A stretch of 64,000 nt of DNA from Saccostrea cucullata (lineage: Eukaryota). Position numbers and translations under genes: made by a program. Below are positions 23,207 through 35,284 of the stretch, one piece after another. Each line of letters begins with the position of its first letter. Within the stretch, counting starts at the first letter, position 1. The stretch lies in assembly GCF_032062105.1 (NCBI RefSeq), contig NW_026929140.1:62001-126000 (forward strand), written 5' to 3'. The notes beneath the pieces are model-generated. The model searched no databases. It was not told where the DNA came from and saw only the letters and a list, made by a program, of their open reading frames with translations.

Positions 23207-26200
23207 GTGATTTCTTTGTACAATCTTTGGTTACATAGAATATTTTTAAAGAAATTCATAATAGTCATAATTTAAAATAACTAAAAGTATATGACGATGA
23301 TTAACATGTTCCAACGAGGCTATGTGGCAGGAAATTGTTAGAGTCGCAAAGCGATTTCATGATTAAAATTGTTTACCTTCACCCCTTCCTTTCGGTACAT
23401 AAAGGACCAGTCAAGAAAATTAATACCAGGGTAAGAACATTAAAAAGGTTAATGGACAAGTAGTTTTGGGGCATTCAATAGGATGGGACAAGCATTTCTT
23501 TCATTTGTACGAGTGAATAAACACTTCAAAGCTATAAAGATGTACTCTTAAGTATGCTTGCTCATCTTACATTTGTTATGCTATAAAGAACAAATGCAGA
23601 AATAAATAATTTCTTGAATTCATAGTTAATGAGGCATATCTCGTATCAATTTGATGTTGCGTAAATCTAATGTACGTATTACGTCAGATTATAAAGCAAA
23701 GTGTTTATGACATGACGTTACCCTCAAAATGGAAATTCACAAAAAATAATCACAATGGAGAATGATCAGTTCTCGCTCTAATTAATGCAAGACATCGTTT
23801 CCTCATAAATACAATGTACTTCCGAATTAAGGGTTTACCTATCTGCCGCCTCATCTACTGCATCTTTCTAGATCCTTGAAACTCCGTGGAGGGGTGAAGC
23901 TTGTATTAGACATTTCTTTTTAAAATCCTATTGTGTCCAATGAAAGTCATATCCGACGGTTTGGCAGGCCAGGGCATCACACAGATATCTTTTGGTCAAC
24001 ACTAAAACAGCCTTGGGTAAATTAAATTAAAATTTTGATTTAATTAAAGCAATTGTAAAGAAACTATAATAGTCGCAAAAAGTAGTTGATTACACAAATT
24101 ACGTGCCACAAAGAACTGATTTATTGTTTTCAAGCTTTGTGATGGTACATTGATTTTCGTAGTTGATATTTGATTTTTTTATTGGATAATTGTTTAGAAG
24201 TCACATTGCTTATAATAATTTCAAAAAATCATACCATTTTATCATGTAATTTTTAGAAAAATATCTTTTAAATGAAAATTTGTTTATCGTATGTAAAGTG
24301 ATATATAACCCTGACTTAAATTATCAAACCAGGGGCTCCTCTTTTCTAACAATATAAAGCTGACATTATATACAAATCTGTATTCTGCCTCCGACCACGT
24401 GTCCGTATGACTGGAAATATAAAGATAATTTGAAATTGAGAACGTATGCCAGATTTGCAAAATTTCATCGAAAATTAAAACAGAATTGTTAAACTGAGAG
24501 AGTACACAAATATCAAATGATTTACTTTTACACGACGCTGGATATTTCCAATGAAAAATCATCTACTAACAATTTCAGAATATCTATAATTTTTCCAAAT
24601 CAGTACTTCATGTATCTAAAATTTTGTAACATTTTTTTTTCACTGTATAAATATATTCGATAATTAAGATTATATTTATTAATGTTTGAAAATGCAGAGG
24701 TGGCTCTCATATTCCTGGAACATTAAAATGAAAAATGGATCATATAGTCCTCATTTAACTCAATTAGGTTGCATGTTATCCAAAATCAAAATTTAATGTC
24801 ACAAACATATATTTTTGAAAAAAAAATCTTTAACTGAATGGTTTCTACACCTTACAAGTGGAAATTATCTATACTTTACCTCCCTCTCTGACACTTATTA
24901 AAGTTGTCATTTTAATTTAACTTTTCACACAAGATGAGGATGATCTACTGTGGATTTATACTTTTTATCATTCTGTAAGAAAAGAGACCAAAACTTACAT
25001 ATATTTTTTGTACCCGTCCAACTCTGGTGAAAAATATTGCCTTGTCATGAAATTCAAAATATACATAAATAATACTATGTCAACTATGGTGCAAATAAAT
25101 GGTTAATTATTGTGAGAAGATAGATGAAAAAAAAAAATGAAAATCTCGTATTTTGTTGCATCGAGATATAATTTGTTACTCGAATCCGGAATACCGACGT
25201 TTTTAAAAAGAAATATTTAAGTAGGTAAAATTTCAAAAATGTAGTGCTTTCTTTCGATATCCAAATACAAACAAGTGCAAATAAAAAATAAAATTTTAAA
25301 GGATATGAATGTGTAAGTTTTGAATAAATGAGTTTCTTCGTTTAACAATGACTGTCTAAATTAACATATTTTCAGATGCAAGTTGGATGTGGTTTTGTGA
25401 AACAGATGGTAAGTAGGCTGCAAGTGGAATATTCATGTATCATATGATACTTGTACAATTGTACATTCAATATTATATTTTTTCATTTTCTATTTTTATG
25501 CACTTTTAAAATTTCAACTCAAATGGAGATTCTCAAAAGAGGTTTTAATAAAAATTTCTAGAATGGTTTCAAGATTTTATCACTAATTGTACGTTTATAT
25601 TTTAAGAATGTGTTCCATTTTTTCGCGTGATAAAATGCAGACAATGTACTTAATGGATTCCTATTACAAATCTAAAATTAATAAATTAGTGTTAAATATG
25701 TTAATATGTTTTACCTTGATAATGTTTCCATTGTAGATCCCTGTCATGCTGCAAACACGACAGCACCTTACCAACCAGAACTACGAGCCAAAAACTGTCC
25801 TTTTAATAACAATCCCTATTGTGATCGCTTCATAACTCCAGGCTGGTACAGATTTAAGAATGACATGTTGAATCACCCCCCAGGCTTGTTTAGTTGTGGA
25901 GCAGTGTACCCTTCTTGGCTTAATGGTAACTTAAAAATATCACGAATGACAACATTTCTTTATTTGGCTTTCTTTTTTCATTGCTTTTCTTTTCTTAAGT
26001 TGGCAAATCTAATATGTGCTTCAATTCTGCATTTTCACGATCATTTTTTCCACTGAATGTATTTAAGCATTAATTTAACCTAAGATCATAATATTTAGCA
26101 AGAAAACACTGAATATCATAAAGTATTTATAGACATTATTATTATATAATATATACATACACATGTATATACAGATCCTGAGACGTGTTACTACCCCAAA

Positions 26201-29200
26201 AAACTTTCGTGTAACTTTCGTGCGCTTTCCGTTTCGTGCAAACCGTGTAGCGTTTCGTGTAAGCCGTGCAGCGTTTCGTGCAAACCGTGTAGCGTTTCGA
26301 TTAAACCGTGCAGCGTTTCGTGTAAGCTCCAAAGCGTTTCGTGCAAACAGTGTAGCGAGCGTGCAAGAAGCTTGTGAGAAACGTGCGACTTTCGTGTAAG
26401 AATCGTGTGAGAAATGTGTGACTTTCGTGCAAGTATCGTGAAAGATTCATTCGGAAGTCATTTCATTTAAAATCTGGCAATAGATGGGTCAGGATGTCAA
26501 ATTGTATTAGTATATTATTATTGAATTAGTTATGATTGTGATATTTTTGGAGCAAAAAAAAAAAAAAAATGGATCAACAAAACGAAATTACACGGTAATG
26601 TATAATATATATTTGTTTGTTTTCTTTTCCTTCTAAAGAAAATATGTTCAAATTAATCAACTTTGTACAACAGTTTGAAGGGCATTGAATTCAATATACT
26701 ATCAAGGCGATCATGGCTTATTAAATATTGTTTCTCAAAGAAATAAAGAAGTACCGGTATAATTTTTTTTAATTTGAAGCAAAAAATATATATGGACTCC
26801 GCTCTTGTCTTTACACTTAAAGAACGTGAAAAAAAGTTTTGAAACGATGTGTCATTTAATACCTTTTAATACATAAAATTTGTTGCTCATTATTGTAAAA
26901 AATGTATTATAATTTTAATTCACATGCCATGACGGTAGTAGCACGTCTCAGGGTCTGTATATAAAGTACTAGAATTGACAAACGATACGAACAATAAAAT
27001 TTGTTCTCTTTACCATGTATAATAATGCTATTTTGAGAAAATGAAATAGTGCACGATTTGTCGTCATTGAAAAGCTTAATTAATTCCTTCGATTATTTAA
27101 ATCCCACTTCACCAGAGTACACCCGACAGACCGGACGTATTTCATAGCGGTCTGGATTTCTCTCTTTACTATTGTTAATTAACTTTAGAATTCAACATGA
27201 AACATTGTAAATAAAAGTGTTTGGTAGTTTAGTACTATTGGTACATGTAGTTGTTTTTAGTTTCTCTTTTTTTTCCCTATGTTCCTATGACTTTATAACT
27301 TCTTTCTTTGTCCTGAGGAAGGGACAGTGCGTCCCGAATATTTGACAATTTTTATTCTTCGTGTCGTCGGTCATTTCTTATGCTTTATGATAATATTAAA
27401 TTTCAAACCTTGAAATCTTCACCACTGTATATATACCAATGTTTATATTCAATTATCCTTGATTAAATGAGAGATATTCAGATAGTTTTTATTTAATGTA
27501 ATAATTTAGGAACTCTTCCAACTAGGCAGAACGAAGAAGTGGAAAGAAGCGTTTGCAAAGTTGGTTTTAATAACACATGTCTTAAAAGAGTCACCATCAG
27601 AATAAAGCACTGTTGTTCATTCAATGCGTACTGTCTTCCCTCTTTAGGTGCCTGCTCCGAAAGATATTGCTTTGGTAAATATTTAGAATTTCGCTTTTCT
27701 AAAATTTATCTCGGAAGTCCGTAGAAGAAAAAGAATAATCTGATAACCTTGTTAATGCAGATAAAGCTTACTTACATATTACTGCTTAAAGTGAAATGTT
27801 TATTTATCAGTAATAATAATAATAATGATAATAATATTCTTCATATGTATATAATATATAAAATCAGTGGTGTATGTAAATTTCATGATATCTATCCTTG
27901 ATTTTAATTCTGTTTCTTGATTAATATTTTAAATCAGTATTTTAGCATAGACTGACTTTTAAGACTTACCTGATACATGTAAATACATTTTTCAAGGTGA
28001 AGAAGATTCTTCTTGTGAGCAGATCATTCCATTCTGGATGGTAACTGAAAATGAAAGAAAATTAAGTACTACTCCACCGAGAAAACCATCATCCGGAGAG
28101 AACAACAAACTTTTATCTGAGTTTTGTTCATCAGGTTAGTAATGAGGTTCGGAAAACTAAATGCAGTTCATAACTTTATAAAGTATGAAGGCTAAAATAA
28201 AAGTAGGCTACATTAACTCCCAAAGGAAGTGTATTGTGATTAGTGCTGAAGCAACAGGTATACAAAATTAAAGTAGCACAATTCGATGTTGTATCTTAAA
28301 ATGATTTTTAACCGTTAATTGCTAGTTCATATATGTTGGTAACTTAAAGGCATTGGTTCGCATTATTTTCAAAAAATACAATTGACTTACATGTAATTTC
28401 ATTTTTTTCTAAATTATACAGATCCGTGTAAAACTAACAACCTGCCAAAATTTCCATATGCAGAGAATAGAGGAGTAAATTGCACATATAAACACTTGAT
28501 GCAACCATGTGACCGGACTTTACTCCCAGGGTGGTATAAGGCAGATGTTGGAGAATCAAAACTCCTGAACAAATGTCCAGGTGTTCTTTCTTGCGGTGCA
28601 ATATACCCTGTTTGGATGGAAGGTAAAAGATATGCTTCCTTAACGAGAGACATATTTGTTGGAAACATCATTGCTGATTAAATTAATGTCAGTTCGTTTG
28701 CGAAGAAACCTTTGCTAAAGATACAAGGGAAAGAAAATTATTTGAATTCAATATTATGTTATATTTTTTCTGAAACATAAAAACCTTCGTACGACTGCTT
28801 TATAGTTGATCCCGAAGGTACAGGATGGTAATGGCATGAAAATATGAGTTGCAAGAGTTACATGAGTTGCATGATATGGAATGCAACTTCCTGATACTAG
28901 TTCATGTACTTGCATTTTTTTCTTACAGCTCTATTTTCCTGTGAATAAAAACAGTCATTTAATTGCCAAGAAATCAAAGTATGAAAATGAAAGAAATAAA
29001 GTAAAGTGCCAAAGGTAGAGTTATAGTAAAATCAATGGTGAAATAATGTTAAGCTTTCAATTTCAGGAATACATCCTCGTGTAAATGAAGGTATTGTGAA
29101 AAGAAAAATTTGCATTGCTGGGCCTGAATTAGGATTCTCTAAGTCCTGCTGCCAGGAAAATGATTACATATATGTGAGAAACTGTGGACGTCACATTGCG

Positions 29201-32200
29201 TATTGCCTGAAACCTTTGAATAAATGTGAAGAACGATATTGCCTTGGTATTTTATACTTTTTCTGAACTTATATCTAAAAATAATGAATAAAATTTAATG
29301 TAAATTCACACAATAAACCTGTGTCTTGTTTATTTTTAATTAAACTTTTATCTTGTTTTGCATTTTAGATAACAATGCACCATGTACTGATCATGCTACA
29401 GGTGATAAGTCTAATGAGTCTTTCTTACTATATGGTAAGTACATGTACCTTTACTTTAAAAATTACAGTTCATGAACCAAGCTTAAACCCAATTAAATTG
29501 TGTGATATGCGCTTCTTGATTCTTGCGATTAATATTAAATTTTGTGCTAATCTTGGCCATGTGCCTTTTCGAGGAAAAAAAACGTGAAGCATCCTTGCTG
29601 GTTAACTTTGTAGCAAACAATTTGCATGAAGAGTGTGGTATATATTTAGTGTTTGGCTCTGGAATAAATGCAACAATTTCCCCTTTTAACATAGAGTCAT
29701 CAGAAAATATTCAAAATGAATAGAAGAAATATAGAATATATGTTGTTTCTTTTATTTAGTTGAGGGACGTCTAGCATAAAATTTCCTCTACAGCATCTTT
29801 TAAAATTATTTTTTAGACAGCCAATCTCAGCTATCTGTTATCGTCACTGCCCTGGTAATGATAACACTTCTAGTGAGTGCATCAGCACTCATAATCGTTG
29901 CTTTCAAGAAAAGGTTTGTATGAGACGTTTTGATAGATTTATTTCAGAAATTTTGAAATATTAATAAATTTACAAAACAACAAATCATGTACAGTCATTT
30001 GTCTGAACATTTTAACGTTGATTATGAATCATGTCCATTTTTAATTGAATCAGATTTCTTTCTCGGAGATATTGATTGCTCTATTGATATTATTTTTAAA
30101 AATACTTCTGAGTTGGAGAGATTTTTATATTATTTAATAACAAGTAATGAAAATGCTTGAAACGTATGGACATTTTAGCGACAATGATTTATTACTGATT
30201 ATTAGCATATTTGTTTTAGATACCTCTGAAAAGGTACATTTAAAAAAGCGATTAGAAACTTGTGTTTATCTTACAATTCAGTTTATAAATACAAATTAAA
30301 ACACATTGTGGCCTCGATCTAGATCCCACATCTACTATATAAATCTACGCTTAAGTAGCACACAATAAAAGCAAACTTCAACATTTCTGATTACTTGACT
30401 ATACTCAATGTGCAGTGCGCAACAATTCTTACACATTCAAACTGTTGAAATGTTTCGATATTCAAAAAAGTGAATGTCTACACTGTCTACGAACGTTTTG
30501 GACATGGGATCATCAGTTTCTCACTACAAAGCAGGACACTTATTTATATCGCGAATGGGATCTTCATCGGCAAATCGCGAGAATAATTATTCGCGAATGG
30601 ACTCTTGATTAAGAGATTTTACATTGATTTCAGCACTATAAAAATAAAGGCGAGTAATTTTATTTCGCGTGTGGTGCTTCTTGCGAAATTACGCGATAAT
30701 TAATTCCGCGCTTAGATTTTGGAATTTACAGTACACTTAAGACTGCTCATTATGTTGTCTAGTATAGGCATTTACTGTATGAAGAAATATAATTAATGAT
30801 GTGTCTTCACGGTACATGTATTTGCAAAATGCGGCAATTATTTATTTCGTCAACTTAAACGCTCTTTCGCTATATAATAATGCACTTAAGGGTGGTTTTC
30901 GCTTGACGATCATCATATAATATTGATATCATTTTTTATTATCATGAGCTTTTCAATTCAATGGGGATTGTACTAATATATATGTATGTATGGGATTCGG
31001 CCAAAGCGACTTTACGTACATTTGATTGTCACATGATATGGTTAAAATTAGAAAAAAATATGTACGGATACAAAGAACGTAAAATTTCAACGATATACGG
31101 ATTATTTTTCACTATGAAATTGATTGTGTTTCTTTAATTCTGTTACTCGAAAAGTGTTGGGAGCAGCTTCCCCATTCCCGGGAATTGTACAAAATTTAGC
31201 CGTCTTTTGAAAAAAATCGGGCATTTACGCTATAGACATTGAAATAATGTAAAATTATGGAAAAAACCAACAGCTAACAACTTGCTCCCAGAACTTTTTA
31301 AATACATTGTACATGTAGTAGGGACAACAGCGGATATCATTGACCTTTAGTGTGATTTTTGAGGGGTTGTTCCTGTGATTGTACATTTATGTATAAAAGT
31401 GCGTGACCGCGGCTTTATGAGACCTCTTTGGTATCAATTTAATAAGACTGTGAAATATTGAATAATGCATTCAAAACTTTCGCTCAATTGTAGTCAGATC
31501 ACGCTTATTTAGTTTTAATTTTCATATTTACAAGTTCAATAATAGCTTGATCTGCAAATAAAGTACAGAGAAACTGTGAAATCACAGTATGTAAGAGTGT
31601 ATGGAAAAGAAAATTATTATTTATTCGCCGAGATCCATCTGTAAATTTTCACCGTGACGTCATAATCGATTTCTCGAAGCTCTGCAATAGCTTTTGGAGT
31701 CCTTAACTTAGCTGTGTTATTTTCAAAACAGTTTCCTTTATCTCAGTATTATGATGATTATATAATAATTGACATAGCAACAATTTTTGTTTTGAAATAT
31801 GTCTTTAACTGTACTAGAATCAGAAGGTATACTTATTTCAAAAACTTATCATTTTAGCAATTTTTATTTGATAAATGTGTTTTTGTTGCAAAGTAGAGGT
31901 TATCAGTAGAATTCTTACACTTGTGTCAATTCAATAATCTTCTTAATATAACAATTGTTCTTTATAAGAGGTACATATAATATCTTCCAGGAAATAAGGA
32001 TTTAGATTTAACTTCATCGGATTTTTATGGATAACTTAATTATGTTTTTGGTTTACATTATATAGTTTAATTAAGATTCAAATCTTAATGTCTAACTTAT
32101 TTATTTTGATAATCTGTAAATTACATAAAATCAAGCACGTAGAAACCGTAAGGATTTTACAAGAATGAAGAATAAAGATGGTGGTACCCCACTCCCCCCC

Positions 32201-33556
32201 CCAAATTTAATTGCTCAATTTATATAGATATAGAAAATAGAAAAATACTTTTTTATGTTACATAACATGTAACATGAGTGATCATAATTGTCATCAGATG
32301 TTAACGTTTTCACAGTTCTTCCCCAACCCCACCTTTCCCCCAAGTTGCATTAACAAAAACTTTAGCATGAAGTTATATATATCTGCCTGAAATACACAAA
32401 AGGTGTGTTTTAATTTGAAACAAAACAAAACAATATTCCATTTTTATATTTTTCTTATGATTGTTTAATATGCAATTGTTTTTAATTTTTTTCAATTATC
32501 TTTCTCCTTTGCAAAATAAGTGAAATTTTGAGAAAGACATAAAAATGAACCGCTGGAAATTACATTGCATGGTTGAATAAGGTGCCTAGGAGCAAAATAG
32601 GCATCAGCATACAGGTAGCAACAGGATTAGCAATTAAAAACAGCATTGCCTGCACCATCATTATCAAATAAAGATAAAAGTAGCATAACTACGCTTTGAA
32701 CTATTCAAAATCCTAGTAGCATCAGAAAATCTATTTCTAGCAGAAAATGGAGAACAGACAAAGAAAACTGGTTTATTCAAGATATCAATGCAATGTTTGG
32801 TGAAATATAATGTACACTATGATTATATAAAACGATTTTATTGCTTTAAACTGCAATGTTTAAATCATCCAAGTTTGTTAGCATGATGCTTCTTCAGGTA
32901 GCAATGTCTTTACTTTAAAACAGGAAAGGTAACTTCAGGATAAGGATTACTTAATCGGCAAAGAAAGAAAGAATTCAAATCAACACAAAAAGCATTAAGA
33001 AAGAATTCAGATCAACAAACAAAGGTTTTTTTTTTATAAATAAAAAAAATCAGCATGAATATGTTGGAGCAAAAATTTTTTCCCTGCACTATGAAACTAC
33101 AATGTACGTGTAGCTTGGTCTGAAAAAATTGTAAGCACATTTGCAGTTAAATCTCAGTTTTTGTTTCAGTTTTATCTTGGAAATGTTACCACACGAATAA
33201 AAGTAGGACAATATAAGTCCATACTACTTTAGACAATATACCCTGTGAACATGAAAAACTGTTAAAGAGAAGGGGTAATAATCAACAAGAAATTGTATAA
33301 ACTGCTATATGTGTTTTATTGATTGAGAATTGACACTTTTATTGCTGTTAAAATAATTTCTTTTAGACAAAATGTCCGACGGCCTTGGCAGAAAGAGGAT
33401 ATTTATATTCAATCAAAGAAACTGGTTAATTTAATTGACAACTACGAGTCACCGGAAAATCGATACACATATTTGAAGATTCCAGAGCATGTTGTCTCCA
33501 AAGAAGAGAGGCAATCTGATTTCAACGTCTACTGTATGATAAATGATGTGCAGTAA
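23143..33556 (+). CDS. Gene B: type-I transmembrane protein with two D8C (UMOD/GP2/OIT3-like) domains and a tyrosine-motif cytoplasmic tail, 440 aa
   Basis: Exons 23143-23206, 25376-25408, 25737-25925, 27510-27674, 27997-28134, 28422-28622, 29067-29246, 29369-29434, 29817-29913 and 33367-33556 sum to 1323 nt, are all GT-AG and phase-compatible, and contain no internal stop. A probable 5' UTR exon ends at 22991 (aag|gtcagt). Confidence 0.85.
23850..24000 (-). mobile_element. Decayed Tc1-like transposase remnant
   Basis: Minus-strand translation ICVMPWPAKPSD resembles the Tc1 WPA.SPDL motif; boundaries uncertain. Confidence 0.35.
25376..25408 (+). CDS. Gene B exon (33 nt, DASWMWFCETD)
   Basis: ttttcag|AT..GAT G|gtaagt; phase 1-1. 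Confidence 0.7.
25737..25925 (+). CDS. Gene B exon: D8C-1 N-terminal half
   Basis: DPCHAANTT..YCDRFITPGWYRF..SCGAVYPSWLNG; tag|..G|gtaac. Confidence 0.9.
26172..26957. mobile_element. TA-flanked MITE with an internal 21-bp tandem array
   Basis: TIR cagatcctgagacgtgttactacc / ggtagtagcacgtctcagggtctg; TA TSD; (gcgtttcgtgcaaaccgtgta)-like units at ~26205-26440. Confidence 0.85.
27308..27348 (+). ncRNA. Minimal type-I hammerhead ribozyme motif (Penelope-type), core variant
   Basis: ttgtc-CTGAGGA-a-gggac(agtgc)gtccc-GAAT-attt-gacaa: stem I TTGTC/GACAA, CUGANGA box, stem II GGGAC/GTCCC; the GAAA box reads GAAT. Confidence 0.6.
27510..27674 (+). CDS. Gene B exon: D8C-1 C-terminal half
   Basis: GTLPTRQNEEVERSVCKVGFNNTCLKRVTIRIKHCCSFNAYCLPSLGACSERYCF. 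Confidence 0.9.
27997..28134 (+). CDS. Gene B exon: inter-domain linker
   Basis: aag|GT GAA..TCA G|gttagt; GEEDSSCEQIIPFWMVTENERKLSTTPPRKPSSGENNKLLSEFCSS. Confidence 0.8.
28422..28622 (+). CDS. Gene B exon: D8C-2 N-terminal half
   Basis: DPCKTNNLPK..PCDRTLLPGWYKA..SCGAIYPVWMEG. Confidence 0.9.
29067..29246 (+). CDS. Gene B exon: D8C-2 C-terminal half
   Basis: GIHPRVNEGIVKRKICIAGPELGFSKSCCQENDYIYVRNCGRHIAYCLKPLNKCEERYCL; not in the ORF track. Confidence 0.9.
29369..29434 (+). CDS. Gene B exon: juxtamembrane stalk
   Basis: tag|AT AAC..TAT G|gtaagt; DNNAPCTDHATGDKSNESFLLY. Confidence 0.8.
29817..29913 (+). CDS. Gene B exon: transmembrane helix
   Basis: DSQSQLSVIVTALVMITLLVSASALIIVAFKKR: long hydrophobic stretch followed by a basic stop-transfer; phase-2 donor AG|gtttgt. 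Confidence 0.85.
33367..33556 (+). CDS. Gene B last exon: cytoplasmic tail
   Basis: ttttag|A CAA.. matches the phase-2 donor; RQNVRRPWQKEDIYIQSKKLVNLIDNYESPENRYTYLKIPEHVVSKEERQSDFNVYCMINDVQ*. Confidence 0.75.
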
Positions 33557-34866
33557 CTATAATTAACTTCAAATTATGAAGACGGTATGTTAAAAGAATT
33601 TGAAGGTTCTAACTTACAGTTAAAGGGAGCCGGCTAGAGATTAATTGTGTGAAAACTGTATTGGAGAAGATTGTAATTACTTACGTTAACTTCAGTGTAC
33701 ATGCAATGTTTAGTGATAACTTGTATATACAATCTGGGTAGTTTTAGGGTACAGTTACTTAAGGATTTTATGGGAAATAACTTTTTTGCACTTTGAAGAA
33801 AATAAGAACAAATCTACAATAGACGTTTTTGCTTAACTTATAAGATGTAATGAGTAATTACCGTATTTAATATATTATACAAGAAAGACAGAAATCAATC
33901 GTCTGTTTTACACAGGAGGTATCTCAAAATGTCAATTTTGAGGAAATTTACCTTTCTTACGAAATTGTACAAAATGACAGAAACTAAAGATTTTTAATGA
34001 AAAAAAAAACTCACGTTCATTAAATTTCAAGAGCATATATACATATTTAATTTTATTACTTTTTAATGTTCCACTCTTAATTAGAGAACTTAAGTTAATT
34101 ATTACGGTACGAACTCACTGTTACATTGTCTATCTAAATGTACCTATCAGTTGAAATGTTTTTTTTTTGGAAAAAAAAATCCAGAGATACCTGTAATTCA
34201 CAGGCACTTGTTAAAATAATATGTTAACTATGCAATGTTATAATAACACAATGTATCCAACTACGAATAACATGGGGTACGCCCTTCACAGAAACATACT
34301 CGTTTACATTTCATTGAAAAACTGTTTATTACATGTACCATTGTATTTTACTATAATATATCTTTACAACCATATATAACATTCTTGCCTTTATTTTATT
34401 TCATCTCTAAATTACACCATTAAATGGTATGTGCTGATCCTGGTCAGAGATTTTGATTGGCTAAAGAATCTGTTTATTAATTTTTATCATAAAAAATTTC
34501 ATACTCAAAGTCGTAAACAAATTTCATTTTTTCAATAAAGTATTTAAACACTGAAATAATTTTTTTTTACATGTAAACCAACTCATTTTTGTTTTAAATT
34601 TTGCTCTCCGCCCGGGAATGGCACATGTCATTTCATGGTGTAATTTTTTGCCACTTGACGAGTTTCGATACTCTTTACAACGATAAAAGAAATAATGAGC
34701 AACGGAAATAAAAGGTAATAAACAATTTGTACAGCTTTCCCTCTGAAAGTGAAAATGTGAGCGTTTCCTAAGGATAGGGGCACTCTGTTGATTCGGAGTT
34801 GAATATCTTTTGTTATTATAAAATGTTTTACAGAAATTAGTGTTCTTGTCGTGATTGTACATTATG

Positions 34867-35220
34867 ATTGATTGATTGATTGTACATTGCTTAACGCCCT
34901 TTTTGAAAATTTTTCACTCTTATGGGGACGTCACCGTATGCCGGTGAAGGGCTTCAAATTTAGACCTATACTCGGCACTCAGGGCCATTAAGCAGTGAGG
35001 GTTCTTTATCGTGCCAGCGCCTACCGTGACACGGGACGTAAGTCTTTAAGGTCATATCCGAAAGACCCGTGACTTTCACTTCTAGTGCCGAGCGCTTGGC
35101 GAAGGAACAGTTACTACTTTTGTTTACGTCTTTGGAATGACGCGGCGCCGCAAACGAGAATCGAACCCGGGCCTCCCGATCACTAAGCGAACGCTCTACC
35201 ACTAGGCTACCGTGACCGGT
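34867..35220 (-). mobile_element. Full-length tRNA-derived SINE
   Basis: Close relative of 12337-12690; 12-bp TSD ttgtacattatg (34855-34866 and 35221-35232). Confidence 0.9.
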
Positions 35221-35284
35221 TTGTACATTATGTATTCAGCGCAAGAAAAAGAGATACCTTGCCTTTGAATTTCATTAGCAAATA

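Noticed and set aside
26075-26399. ORFs with 7-aa repeats (TRFARNA / AFRANRV); array superficially CRISPR-like
   Set aside because: Translation of a 21-bp tandem repeat in a MITE; no unique spacers and a eukaryotic context.
31176-31185. TTCCCGGGAA STAT-like site in the last intron of gene B
   Set aside because: A single short motif in repeat-like DNA; not distinguishable from chance.
33440-33545. Calling the gene B tail motifs a canonical ITAM or ITIM
   Set aside because: YTYL and YCMI are 18 aa apart (ITAM needs about 6-8) and the -2 residues are Asn rather than I/V/L/S; reported only as tyrosine motifs.
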